Positions 46,765-60,731 of a stretch of DNA of 64,000 nt are shown here, in pieces. The notes under the pieces are model-generated. The model saw only the letters and a program-made list of their open reading frames with translations, had not been told where the DNA came from and ran no database searches. Where the stretch lies: the NCBI RefSeq assembly GCF_030684315.1, contig NC_081387.1, positions 5,436,497 to 5,500,496 on the forward strand, written 5' to 3'. Within the stretch, counting starts at the first letter, position 1; each line of letters opens with the position of its first letter. The translations under genes were made by a program, and so were the position numbers. This DNA comes from Stegostoma tigrinum. Taxonomy: Eukaryota.

Positions 46765-49295
46765 TGGCACTGTCACTTTGTTAACTGTAAACGGGACAGA
46801 CTTCAAACAGATTTAGTGATTCAAGACTGGACATCCATGAGGCGCAGTGGGCCATCAACAGCCATGATGTGGAGTGCCGGTGTTGGGCTGGAGTTCCTCA
46901 GGGTAGTGTCCTAGGCCCAACCATCTTCAATGATTCATCGTTGAAAATCTCAAGTAAATCTGTTGGGCTGTAACCTGGTGTCATGTGATTTCTGACCCCA
47001 TCAACAGCAGGAGAATTGCACTCCAGCACAATCTGCAACCTCATGCCTGGCATATCTCTCACTCAACCATTATCATCAAGTCAGTGCAACAACCCTGGTT
47101 CAACGGAGAGTGCAGTAGGACAAGCCAGGACCAGCACCAGACATACCTGAAAATGAGGTGTCAACCTGGTAAAGCTATCAACCAGGACTACTTGTGTGCT
47201 AACAGCTTAAGCAGCAAGTGATAAACAGAGCAAAGTGAACCCACAACCAACGAATCAGATTTATGCTTTTCAGTTCTGGCTCATCAAGCTGTGAATGTTG
47301 GTGGACAATTAAACAACTCACTGCAGAAGGAGGCTCTGCAAATATCTCTATCCTCAATGATGGAAGAGCCGAGCACATTAGTGTTAGATACAAAGCTGAA
47401 GCATTCCAATAGTCCTCAGCTAGAAGTGCCAAGTTGATGGTTGGGTCCCAATTAACATTTGTTATGGGCATGTCTTTGGCGTGGAGAATCAAGATTAGAA
47501 TTGTTCCCAGCATCACAGATGCCAGCCTTCAACCAACTCAATTCACTCCATGTGATATCAAGAAATAGTTAAAAGCACAGGATACAGGAAAAGCTATGGA
47601 CCCTGATAACATTCCAGCAATAGTGCTGAAGACTTATGCTCTAGACTTGCTGCTTCCCTAGCCAAACTGTTCTAGTACACTTACAACAATGGCATCTATC
47701 GAACAATATGGAAAATTGTAAATCTAACAGAAAGAATTAACTGTCCTTTCAGTCTACTCTGGATTGTAAGTAAAATGATGGAAGATGTCGTCAACAGTGC
47801 TACCAAGCAGTACCTGCTCAGTGATGCTCAGTTTGGATTCTGCCAGGGCCACTCAGCTTCTGACCTCATTACAACTTTGGATCAAACACAAATGATTGAA
47901 TTCCAGAGGTGAGAGTGAGGTGAGATTGACAGCCATTACCATCAGGGCTGCATTTGACTGCATCAAGGACCCTAGCAAAACTTGAATCAATGGGTGTCAG
48001 TGGCAAACTCACTGCTGATTGGAGTCATACCTGGCGCATTGGAAGATGGTTGTGGTTGTTGGAAGTCAGTCATCTCAGTGCCACATCTCCGCCAAAGTTC
48101 CTCAGGGTAGAGCCCTTGTCCCAACCATCTTCAATGATTTGTCAATGACCTTCTCTCCACCAAAAGTCAGAAGTGGGGATAGTACAAGAGGGCCTAGCCT
48201 CAAGATTAGAGGGAGCAGATTCAGGACTGAATTGAGAAGGAACTTCTTCACCCAGAGGATTGTTAATCCACGGAATTCCTTGCCCAGTGAAGTAGTTGAC
48301 GCTACTTCAGTAAACGTTTTTAAAGTTAAGGTAGATTTTCTTTGAACAATAAAAGAATTAAGGGATACGGTGAGAACACGGGTAAGTGGATCTGAGTCAG
48401 CTATGATCTTATAGAATGGTGGAGCAGGCTCGAAGAGCCGAACTGCCTACTCCTGCTCCTAGTTCTTATGTTCTTATGTATGTTCATATATTTACCAATT
48501 ATTGTACAATGTTCAGCACCATTCTTGACTCTTCAGATTCTGAAGCAGGTTATGTTTAAAAGCAACAAGATCTGGACAATACCTAAGCTTAGAATGACAA
48601 GTAGCAAATAACATTCATGCTACACAAATGCCAGGCAATGACTATTTACAATAAGAGGCAATCTAACCACTGCCTCTGACATTAAATCGTGTTACGAATA
48701 CTGAACCTCCACTATCAACATTGTGGGAGTTACCATTGACCAGAAATTCAACTGGACTTATCATATAAATACAATGGCTAAGAGAGCAGGTCAGTGGCAA
48801 ATAATTCACCTCCTAACTCCCTAATGCCTGACAACCATCTACAAAGTACAAGTCAGGAGTGTGATGGAATACTCCCCATTTGTCTGGTTGGGTGAAACTT
48901 GACACTATTCAGGACAAAGCAGCCGGCTTTATTGGCACGACATCCACAAGCATACATTCCCTACACCCCTGATGCTCAGTTGCAGCAGGTGTACTATCTA
49001 CAAGATGCACTTCAGAAATTTAAGATCCTTAGGTATCAGATACATGGAGACACATGCAAGTTCTCTTCCAAGTGACTCACCATGCTGAGTTGGGAATGTA
49101 TCATCATTCCTTCACTGACACTAGGTCAAAATCCTGGAGTTCCCTTCTAATGGCATTGTTGATCCCTCTATAGCACATGAGCTGCAACAGTTCAAGAAGA
49201 CAGCTCCTCACAGCCTTCTCAAGGGCTACAAGGGTTGGGCAATAAATGCTGGCCTCGCCAGCAATGGTCAGTTCTCACGAGCGAATAAAAAAAGA
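46765..49295 (+). mobile_element. Decayed LINE of the same family as 2040-4760, with a nested CR1 3' end (48181-48478)
   Basis: Colinear with ~2710-4760 and ends in a GGGCAATAAATGCTGGCC...A-rich tail. The nested piece encodes STRGPSLKIRG..NFFTQR and ends in (TTCTTATG)n. Confidence 0.82.
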
Positions 49296-50294
49296 GAAAT
49301 GCAAACTGAATGGCTTTTGCTAATGTGGATTTAAAGAGGTTTTCTATTATATCTGTTCAGCAATGTTATTACTGACTTCTAGGTCAGGTCATACTTAAAT
49401 CCAGGCATTCTGGTCTAGAGGTAAGGTGTGGATTTATAAAGGGTAGGTCATGTGAAATGAGTTTCATTAATTGTTCCTTCAAACGATTAAAAGTAGTTGA
49501 CAGGGAAATGTAGATTGCTATGGGTTATATGGACTTTCAGAAGGTATTCAGTAAATTTCCATGTTGATATTCTTAGCTAAAATTGAATTAAAGGCAAATT
49601 ATTAACTTGGTTTTGGTAGGAAACCAGAGACCTGTGGTATGAGATGAGGACTTACTAAGGAAGTGACTAGTGAACAATAATCTGCTTGGATTACTATCAC
49701 TGGTATATTTTAAAGTTCCACATTGCTGCCATTCTGCTATTCCCAAAGGCTCTGATAAAATTTTGGGAAACTCATATTTATAGAAATAAATTATAGCTTT
49801 GTAAAGAAGAAGGTTATGATTTTTAAAATTTATTTTCTTTGCACAGTAAGTTACGTAAAATTCTACCTGTAAGTAGGTATGTCATGATTATATTCAACAA
49901 ATTAGAAAATTATTTATTAAAAACACTTTTTTGACACTAACACTCACAGAAACTGAAGAACAATGTCTACGTGAGACTATTCAGCACCTAAAATCAGTGA
50001 TAAGAAAAATGTTTCCTTCGTTTCTTCTTCCTAGGTACGTTAAAAAAAGATTATTCTCAAAAACAAAACTATAGAGCTGGAAAACATCCCAATAATCTTT
50101 GGCAGTAAGACTGAGGGATGCACATTATTCATGATGATTCAGGATGGAGTTGGGCTGCAGGTCACCATAAGTAAGTGACTGAGTATAGCAAGGTTGTCTG
50201 GTTTTAAGGGCTGCTCCTGTTCCTTGGGACTTTGTCTCAGTGTTTTAGGCCCCAGAGCCCTCAGCTGTCAAATCCTCATCCACACTCCAAGGCA

Positions 50295-53200
50295 GTCATA
50301 GAATCATCCAACATGGAACCAGACCCTTCAGTCCAACCTGTCCACACCGACCATAATCCCAAACTAAACTACTCCACAACTAATGCTCTCATGGACAGTG
50401 ATCTAGGGATGTGAAGAAACAAATAATCCGAGGTATGTAGGTTCACAAAGATCCAAAGCTCTGGCAGCTGATGAGGTGGAGCTGAAGAAGACTCAAAACA
50501 ATGTTTAGAATAGCCAGAATGATCAATGTTTTGTAGTCCTGGAGATTTACAGCACAGAAACAGACCCTTCAGTCCAACTCATCCATGCTGACCAGATTAC
50601 TAAACTACTCCCACCTGCCTGCAACTGGCTCACATCACACTAAACATTTCTTATTAATGTACTTATCCAAATGTCTTTTAAACATTGTAACTGTACCCAC
50701 ATCCACCACTTCCTCTGGAAGTTCATTCCATACACAAACCACTCTCTGTGTAAAAAAAAATCATTAAAAAAAAAACATTTTCTGAAGAAGGGTTTAGGCC
50801 CGAAACATCAGCCTTCCTGCTCCTCTGTTGCTGCTTGGACTGCTCTGTTCATCCAGCTCTACGCCTTGTTATCTCAACTTGCTCCTCATGTCTGTTTTAA
50901 ATTTCTCTCCGCTCACCTTAAAAATATGCTCCCTTTTCTTGAAATCCCCCACCCTAGAGAAAAGATATCTGCCATTCACCTTATCTGTACTGCTCATGAT
51001 TTTATAAGCTTCTGTAAAGTCATCTCTCAAAATCTTAAACACCAGTGAAAAAAGTCCCAACCTCTCCCTATAACTCAAACCCTTATAAGTCGATAAGGTA
51101 CTGCACATGACGCTACTTGATAAGAACCCAAAGTATTCGGGGTTGTATATTAACTTAGGTAGAAGCTTGGCCAGTGAATAGAAGCTTGGCTAATGGAAAG
51201 AAGATTGACTAACTAGTAGAGGACAGAGAATTGAGATAAAGTGGATATCTGTAACCAGTGGAGTAACTAAATTATGGCTTTGTGCATGAATCAGAAAAAG
51301 CTAGTATTCAAGTTCAGCAGGTAATAGAGAAATGCAGTATTGACCTTTATTTCAAAGGGAACGGATTATAAGAATAGAAGTCTTGCTGAAACTATACATG
51401 GCACTAGTCAGAATACACCTCAAAAATTGTGAACAGATTTGGTTCCCTTCTTGAAGGAACGAATTGGCAGTCAGAAAAGGTTCACTGAATTGTCCCCAGG
51501 TATGGAGTGATTATTTTATAAGCCAAACCTGGATTGCTTTGGCTAGTATTCATTGGAGTTTAGAAGACCGAGAGATGACCTTATCGAAACATATGATATT
51601 CTGAGCAAGCTTGGTAGGGTTGATGTGGAGAGGTTGTTTCCCCTTGTTAGCCTTCTGCTCTCAGACTCTCACCATCTCCCCTAAATGGAGTTGCTTATTT
51701 CAGACAGCGGTGAGGAGGAATCTCTTCTGTCAGATGGGGAATGTGGAATTCTTTACTGCAGAGAGCTGTTGATCTGGGTCATTAAGAGTATTCAAGGTTG
51801 CAATAAACAGATTTTTAATCTGTAATGGGATCAAAGGGTATGAAGGAAAGACATTGAAGTGGAGTTGAGGATTAGCCACAATCTCATTGAATGGTTCAGT
51901 GGACTTGAAGGGCCAAATAGCCTACTTCTGTTTCCACAACTAATGCTCTCATGGACAGTGATCTAGGGATGTGAAGAAACAAATAATCCGAGGTATGTAG
52001 GTTCACAAAGATCCAAAGCTCTGGCAGCTGATGAGGTGGAGCTGAAGAAGACTCAAAACAATGTTTAGAATAGCCAGAATGATCAATGTTTTGTAGTCCT
52101 GGAGATTTACAGCACAGAAACAGACCCTTCAGTCCAACTCATCCATGCTGACCAGATTACCTAAATTAATCGAGTTCCAATTGCCAGCATTTTGCCCATA
52201 TCCCTCTCAACATACCCACCCAGATGTCTGTTAAATTTGTAATTATACCAGACTCCTCCACTTCCTCTGGCAGATCATTCTGTACATGTGCCAACCTCTG
52301 CGTGAAAATGTTGCCCTTTATGCCCCTTTTAGATCTTTCCCTGCTCACCTTAAACTTATGCCCTCTTGTTTTGGATTCCCCAACCTACAGAAAAAGACCT
52401 TGGCCATTTACCCTATCCATGTCCCTAATGATTTTATAAACCTCTATAAAGGTCACCCCCTTAGCCTCCGATGCTTCAGGGAAAATAACCACAGTCTGTT
52501 TAACCTTTCCCTATGGCTCAAACCTTCAAACTCTGGCAACATCCTTGTAAATCTTTTCTGAGCTCTTTCGTTTTTAATACACCTTTCCTATAGCAGGGAG
52601 ACCAGAATTCCAGAAGTGTCCTAATCAATGTCCTGTACAGCTGCAACATAACCTCCCAACTCCTATGCTCAATGCACTGACCAATAAGGGCAGGCATACT
52701 AAATGCCTGCTTCACTACCCTGTCCATTTATGTTGAAAGAAAGAAAACAAAGGTGCAAGAAGATTGTCAAAGGACAGAGGAGGAAAGAATTAGAGCTGGC
52801 TCACAAAATTTACATAGTCATGGGTGTAATATTGGGAATTTTATCAAAAAGAATACGAGTTGCTGCAATAGAAGAATCGAAGCATTGACTTGAGATAAAT
52901 ACTACAGAAAATACTACAGTAAGAAAAAGTTGAGACAAAGGTTGACAGGAAGGGTCAATAGTAGCATGAATCTAACTTGAAGCGTAGACAATTTTTGGGT
53001 TGGTAAGGATATTTGTACTGGAAGTGATTCCCATTGGCAAGAATCTGGAATTAACTTTCTGAAACCTTAACTGATTTTAAAATTTTCAGTCAGACAATAT
53101 GGGAGATTTTATTCAAGCAAATTATGTTGAGTGGGACAAAGCAGTCCACAAAGAATGACACAGATCATTCTTGAATGGTAAATTTTTATGGCTGTTTCTT

Positions 53201-53535
53201 TTTATCAGTTTGGGCATGTATAGAATGAATAGTCAAGGTGTTTCTCCCAGGGTAGGAGAGTCCAAAACCAGAGGGCATAGGTTTAAGCGGAGAGGGGAAA
53301 GATTTAAAAAAGGGTGGTGCGTATATGGAATGAGCTGCCAGAGGAGGTGGTGGTGTCATGTATAATTACAACATTTAAAAGGCATCTGGATGGGTATATG
53401 AATAGGCAGGGTTTAGAGGGATATAAGCCAAATGTTGGCAAATAGGATTAGGTCACTTTAGGGTATCTGGTTAGTGCAGGTGAATTGGCCGGAAGGGTCT
53501 GTTTCTGTGCTGGATATCTATATAACTCGATGACT
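50295..53535. mobile_element. Cluster of CR1-type LINE 3' fragments on both strands
   Basis: LSYRERLGLFSL, LQLYRTLIRTLLE and SKTRGHRFK peptides. Confidence 0.75.
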
Positions 53536-55066
53536 GACTGAGCGTGGTTGGGACAGAGGAGCTGTCCCCCTCCAACATGTAGCTAGTGAGGTTGGAAATG
53601 CAAGGTTTGTACTTGGTACCCACTTGGTGTCAGCAAAAATTGGGCACGCAGCAAGTGGGTATGAGAATGCTGTAAACAGATCCTACCTGCCATTTTTAAA
53701 TTACTCAGGTTGTTCCAAATCTGCAGAAAATGAATATATCAAGCATGGAAGTATAAATTGTAAAAACTAAGGAAAGCTCTGATATAAAGATAATAATGGC
53801 TAAAGCTATATATTAAATTTATTGCGAGTTATAAATTTATGTACAAGTCGGCAGACAAACAACAACAGTCTTTGTAGCACAGTGGTAGTGTTCCTAGGTG
53901 GGCTAGATGGTCTGAGTTCAAGTCCCGTCTCAGAAGGAGATGAAGTGTCCAATGGAGAGATAGTTGCTTTACATCCCCCCCCCACCAACCCCACCATTGG
54001 TAAACTTGCAAAAGACTTCTTGAAGTTAAACAAATGTAACATTGGATGGCATTCAGTCATGGATCACTGCCTGCTGACTTTGAACAGTCATCTTGGCAAC
54101 TTTCCATTGCTGGTTTGTCACTGCCTTCCATTCTCAGGTGCAAGCGAAGAAGATAGGTCCTATCTTGGATGGAATGGAAATTAAACCTATTGTTCGCATT
54201 ACCCTCTGGCCAAATGAGCGAGCCGGCCCCATTTATGGTTTCAATATCACAAGCAAATTAGGAATCCTTTCTGCATCTGAACTGCAACTCAATTGTAGAA
54301 ATTGTTTGTGTTCAAATATTAACAGATAAAATTAAATTCATCTGAACAGAAAGCTGAACAGAAAACAAAGCTGAAAAAAAACTGTAAAATTCTGTGTGAT
54401 AATTTTCATACAAATGCAAACTAATAAATGTAATATGGAAATACTTCACAGTATTCAATAGGGTGGAGAGCGTTTTGGTATAACTATGCCATTCAAATGC
54501 CCTGTGGTCAGACAGATATTATTCCTGTGGTCAAATCAAGACTTAAGGCTGAAAGCAAAAATTGCTGCAGACTTCAAACAGAAAATTAGATAACAAATGT
54601 CTTCTTAAGGAAGTTATATTGTGGAATTTGCTTAAGAAACGTGAAAGAAAAGTAATTGATGAATTTTGCAAATTTGTTGAAGGAATTCCCAACCTCTGTG
54701 GCAAATATTCGAGATTCAGGTTATCTAGAATTTTCTACTAAGGGTCAGAAGTTACATGTCTAAAGATGAAGAGAGTAGGTGACTCTGGGTGTGTAATCTG
54801 TTTATAATTCTTTGCCGAAATAATCTTCACATTCCCCTGCAGAGAGTGGATATACCAATGTATTGCAAGAGAGCAGATGACAAAACAATTCTGGTAGATG
54901 TCATGCTGGAGTTGAAGATGATAGAATCTCACAGCATTGGAACTTTACCAGCTTTGTAAAAGAGACGTTTTCTGTGCTCCTTCCCCACAATCCTCCAAAT
55001 TTTGCACATGCAAGTACACATCCAATTTCTTTTGAAAGTTATCATTGAACATGCTTCTCTGCCTTT

Positions 55067-56059
55067 TTAATGCAGTACATTCCTCGTCAACACATCAAGT
55101 ATTCTTCTACTTACTGACAGTATGGATTGAATAATTTCTATGTAGTGTGAATGAGTCTGTGTATTTCCAGAGAGGACGAGTAGGTGACAGAAATTACACT
55201 GAAAACGTCTATCACCCTTATGTGTGAGCTGGTGTTTCAGAAGGTCTGGAAACTGGGTGAAACCTTTGTTGCAAAATTCACATTTGAACGGCTTGTCACC
55301 TGCTGGAATGCACTGATGTCTCGGGAAATAGGATGAGCTGCAGAAATCTTTGTCACAAACCTCACACCTGAACAGTCCCTTCCCTGTGTCGATGCACTGG
55401 TGTACCATAAGGTACGCTGAGCTACAGAAATGTTTGTCACAAATCTCACACCTGAAAGCCCTGCCATCAGTATGGATGCGCTGGTGTGATCGGAGGTATG
55501 ATAAGCTGCAGAAATCTTTGTTACAAGCCTCACACTGGAACGGTCTCTCCTCTGTGTGGATACGCTGGTGCCCAACAAGGTAAGCAGAACTGCAGAAATC
55601 TTTGTTGCAAACGTCACACTGGGACAGTTTCCCACATTTACGAATGCAGTTATGTTCCAGGAGGCCCACTGAAGTTAGGAAAGCTTTGCTGCAGGCTTCG
55701 CACTTGGAAGCTTTCCCTTCCGTGTGGGTACGCCAATGCTCCGTGAGGTGTGACTGCGTCAGGAATGCTTTGTCACAAAACTTACACTTGAGAGGTTTCT
55801 CACCTGTGTGGATATGCCAGTGTTGGAGCAGTGTGGATGCTTGTGCAAAGGCCTTTTCACAAGCCTTGCATTGGAATGGCCTTTTCCCTGTGTGAACGTG
55901 CCGATGTTTCACCAGACTCGATGAATGACTGAAAGCCTTATCACACACCTCACACTTGAATGGCCTTTCCCCGGTGTGCATGCGGAGGTGGCTCACCAGT
56001 TCTGGTGACTGCTCAAAGGTCCACCCGCACATGTCACACAGGAATGGTTTCTTTCCCAT
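55067..56059 (-). CDS. Tandem C2H2 zinc-finger protein B (330 aa; 10 fingers plus a frameshifted 11th), paralog of ZNF A
   Basis: C2H2 array sharing near-identical fingers with ZNF A (AQASTLLQHW, FCSSAYL, FKCEFCNKGFTQ). Acceptor tttttattttacag|A at 56220/56219. Confidence 0.88.
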   Translation of the reverse strand: MGKKPFLCDMCGWTFEQSPELVSHLRMHTGERPFKCEVCDKAFSHSSSLVKHRHVHTGKRPFQCKACEKAFAQASTLLQHWHIHTGEKPLKCKFCDKAFLTQSHLTEHWRTHTEGKASKCEACSKAFLTSVGLLEHNCIRKCGKLSQCDVCNKDFCSSAYLVGHQRIHTEERPFQCEACNKDFCSLSYLRSHQRIHTDGRAFRCEICDKHFCSSAYLMVHQCIDTGKGLFRCEVCDKDFCSSSYFPRHQCIPAGDKPFKCEFCNKGFTQFPDLLKHQLTHKGDRRFQCNFCHLLVLSGNTQTHSHYIEIIQSILSVSRRILDVLTRNVLH

Positions 56060-56621
56060 GTAGATGCCCTTATGTTACAAGACACACCAGATTAAGGCTT
56101 TGCCAAAATCTCACCCCTGAAGCAGATGTGCAGAAGCCTTTATCCTGAAGGAGTAGGATATACCCTTGCCATTGTTTTCTCCCTGTATTCCCAATAAGAT
56201 TTAATCCAATATGTTCTTTCTGTAAAATAAAAACAAAATGTTACATGCCTCCCCGGTTCTTTCCATTCTCCATTGAACACCTGGTTTTTCCCAGGAAACT
56301 CTGGGTGTGTGGGAAAATCTAAGTCAAGTCTTACGCTAGCGTCACCTAAATTTGTTCTTTCCAGCAATGTGCTAGTGTGTAGTCATCAAAAGTGAACTAT
56401 GCAACTCGTTTCTTTCCCTTCTCACCCTAGACCCAGAGCGCTGATGTTCCTGAGTGAATGAATGATAATTAGTCTGTCGTGAGGCAGTTATTAAAATGAA
56501 TGGGTATTAACATGGATAGGTGGGACAACTCAATATAAAACCACAAGTCAAATGCTTTCCTGTGCAAGATATGTTTTGGTTGCATTTGGAATTCTGTGTC
56601 ACTGGCCAAGAAACAGCAAAA

Positions 56622-56977
56622 GAGGGTGGCACAGTGGCTCAGTGATTAGCATTGCTGCCTCAGAGCTCCAGGGACCCCATTTGATTCCACCATCAGGAAG
56701 TTATGTGTGTGGAGTTTGCATATTCTCTCCCAGTCTGCATGGCTTTCCTCCAGGTGCTCTGGTTTCTTCTCACAGTCCAAAGATGAGCAGGTTAGGTGGG
56801 CTGGCCATGCTAAATTGCCCTCAATTTCCAGAGATGTGCAGGCTAGGTGGATTAGCAAAGGAAATGCAGGGTTACAAGCACAGGGTGGGGAGAGATGGGT
56901 GGTTGGTGGTGCAATGCCATTCAGAAGGTCACTGTGGACTCAATGGGCCAAATGGCCTGCTTCCACACTGTACAGAT
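56622..56977 (+). mobile_element. HE1/V-SINE-type SINE
   Basis: A-box-like GTGGCTCAGTG and V-type core. Confidence 0.82.
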
Positions 56978-59900
56978 GATTTACTCTTCTGGTTTGAGTG
57001 TGATTAAATATGAAACTAGAGATAGACCTTGGATTCCTCGCATTGTACAATAACTTTTTCTGGTAGCTTTTGGTACATTCCTTCAGTATTCGAAGTAACA
57101 TGAATAAAGACACTCTGTAGACCATCTAGTTTTCAAGAACAAAGAACAAAAGAGCAGTACGGCACAGGGACATGCCCTTTGACCCTCTAAGCCTGTGCCG
57201 ATGATCATGCCCTGACTAAACTAAAAAGTCAATTCAATTTAATTACAATTTAGGGGAGTGTCTGCTGACATGACAGTTTTACACAGAATCTTGAAATTAA
57301 AAATGCAGCCTCGTAAATTTCTAGGAATTGATCTTTCATTTTAAAGTTAATTAATCAAAGGATATTTACAGGATTGTTCATTACTGACACCCACTCTTTC
57401 TATGTACACCACAGTGTTCTTCCATCGTCTTTCACTGCTGTTACTATAAGATCCTTATAACATTGAAATAATTTAGTATTAAATACTTGTGAAAATGATA
57501 CCAATCTCACACCTCAGGTTGCACATAGAGAAAAATAACAAATCAGAGCCTTCACTTAATGAAACTTCCGCACTCCTATCATTTAGTCCACAGAGTGAAG
57601 CTCCCAACTTCATTGCCAGTATTATCAGTCCAACCGAACAAGATCATCGGCTTCCTCGCCCATATCATCTAGTGGATTGACTAAAGTCCGTAGCTTCCCA
57701 GGTCATATCACATAATCACACTGACTAACAGTGTATACCCTTTTTTAAAGATGATGGCTACAACAGTGCACGTTACTCCATTTGCGACTTAACCACAAGT
57801 TCTGGCAGCATCTGTGGAGACAGAGACAGAGTTAACATTTCAAGTCCAATATGACTCCTCTTCAAAATTTGAGTTGAAATTCATCCTGATATTTTAGAAG
57901 AACAATTAAGTATTCCCCTCCTCAACCTTCTTCTGTAACCCTACAAAATCCTTCTGAAAGTCACGATTAAATCTAACTCCACCACCTATTCAGGAAGTGC
58001 ATTTCTAGGGCTTGACGACTCTTGTTGAAATTTTTACATTTGGCATTTCTGGTCCTTTTGCCATTCACCTTAAATCTGCGTCCTCTCATTCTAGACCCTT
58101 ACACAATTGGGAAGCATTTCACTCAATCCACACTGTCTATATCCCATATGACTTCAAATGCTACACTTAATTTAACTTAACTTAGTGTGTAAGATATAGA
58201 AGGGTCTTTCTGGATTACATTTTAGCCTGGAGTCATGGCTGAATAATTAAAGCAATGAGGTTGAAACTAGTGTTTTTCAATGCAAATTCGAATCCTGTTG
58301 ACTGCTCCTACAAAAAGGCTTCTTGTGTTGCAGTGTCCCTGTCCGTAAACAGGTTCGAGTTCCGCCTGCCCTGGAGATGTATCATAACATACCCAAACAA
58401 AGTTGGTTTAAAATCTGTCCAATACTTATTAAAACCATTTCTGAACAGCCTCCAAAGCATTTATTTTAGCTTTTACATTTAAAAAGCAGAAGGTGACCAA
58501 TAATGTGGTGTAACCAAGCATGTTCTGATGCAAATACAAATACCTTTCTCATAATCACATCAAGATCTAATTAACTTTGATGGTAATGGACATAAGGATA
58601 GGTGACTAGCTTTCCTCACCTCTCACTGTAACTCCAGAAAGACTCCATTGTGAAATAGCTGAAAGTGGCTAATGTAGTGAGGCTGAAGGCTTGGCCGTGG
58701 GCATTAACTTACACTGATGGATTTAGTGCTGCATGGATGGGTCTCTGAGCCCAATCTTACCACCCTGGAACTGCAGAAATGAGTCCTAACTTTTGGCATC
58801 TCAAGATGCAATTCCTCTACTCCCTAGCCAAGATCCATGTGCTGGACTGGATTGATTAAAAAAATACAAAATGTTAATATTTTTACAAACTACTTTAAAA
58901 ACAAAATTCACTGCTGTTATATTTTACATGTTAAACTATAATACAAACTTTGACAATTATATGTCAAATACTACAATGCTGATTTATTGCTGTTGTTCAC
59001 ATCTGGGTTCATTTTAATTTTCAATGTTAAAATGGTGTCACAAAATCCTTCTCAAAACATCTCAATGTCTGTCTTTTGTGCCTTTTATCTGACAGAACCC
59101 TTCTTTACTTCAGAAGGTAACAGAATAACACCAGACCACAGATTAGCTGAAAAAAAAACTGATCAAACATCAAAAGAACAAGTGAACAGTACTAATACCA
59201 CAACATGCTTTTTAAAGTACGAAACTTAACCTTAATTGCCTCGTGAAGAACAGGCAGGAAGATGGTTGGAACAATTTCACTGCCTTGTCCATTGTGCTGC
59301 CACCATATTCCTACAAGTTGGCATTTTAATCATGTTGAGGAGCTGAGCAGAAGATCAGCTGGAAGGCAGTTGAGTTCAGCTTTAAAAATTGAAATAAATG
59401 ATATTGTTGTAACATTAGTCCAAAAAATCTGTGTTGGGCCAAAATAGAAATGGCAAGATACATTGTGGAAACATACCCAATGAGAAAATTAATCTGGTTT
59501 TCATTTTCTTGTGGGCTTGAAGCTGGAGTGTTTACCACAAGCCACACGAGGAACTTAAATCTCCCCGGCCCTAAGATTTTGTCCTTATTTCTGATCGCAT
59601 CCTGACTATTAAAAATGGACACTGCTTTCCTCCCATCTCTTGACCCTCCTTCCCTTCAACTTCACAAATCTATCTTTGTTGAATGTCTGTAAATATTCCA
59701 CAGAGCTCCCGGTAGACACCCCCTCCCCCACTGACCATCAGACCAGCTTTCCACCCGTTATAGCTGGGAGACCCTCCAGTTAAAAACTCATTCCCCTTCG
59801 GCCTGCAAGCTTCCAGATGAAATCCAAAACTCAGGCTTAAATAATTGTGAAAAGCTTTATTAGTCAAACTCATTTCAACAATTCACATGACATTTAAATT

Positions 59901-60418
59901 CAATGACAGTTAACAACTTTACGCCTCCCCTGGATAAAGTAAAGAGCAGATTAATAAAACATTAAATCCTGAAAATGTTGCAAATCATACTCAAGAAAGT
60001 ATAACGATTCTCTTCATACGTAATGACCTATCTGGTGTGTAACTGTCTATGTTTTTGGTTAAATTTAAGTAATGATGAACAACTTTCTCTGAGCGAAGTT
60101 TGTTTTCACACCAAATCTTCAGGGTAAAACGGGGAAACAATATCAATCTTAGTTCTCTGTCGTGGTGGTAAGCTTACATTAAGGTTATCCTTGGATCATT
60201 AAAATGTAATTGCACAAAACCTGTTAGCATCGTGCTTACTTCTCTGCCAGGCCTTCTCAGAGAATGTTTCTCACTAGGAATGCATTTTGGTCTCAGACAG
60301 ATAATCTGCAAGAACCCTCAGACCTACTGCAGGAGCAGAGCTGTTTCATTAACTTCTCCTGATCAGCAATGACACTCGGACAAAAATTATCTCATCAATC
60401 AAAAGGGATATGATGTGT

Positions 60419-60731
60419 GAATTAGAATTAGAATCCCTACAGTGTGGAAACAGGCCCTTCAGCCCAATACGTCCACACTGAACCATGGAGCATCCCACCT
60501 AGACCCATCCCCCTAATCTACACCTCCCTGAGAACTATGGGCAATTTAGCATGGCCGATCCACCTACCCTACACATCTTTGGGCTGTGGGAGGAAACCGG
60601 AGCACCTGGAGGAAACCCACACAGACACAGGAAGAATGTGCAAACTCCACACAGACAGTTGCCTGAGGCTGGAATTGAACCTAGCTGTCTAGTGTTGTGA
60701 GGCTGCAGTGCTAACCACTGTGCCACCATGC
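60419..60731 (-). mobile_element. HE1/V-SINE-type SINE
   Basis: Reverse complement of the SINE head and core. Confidence 0.85.
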
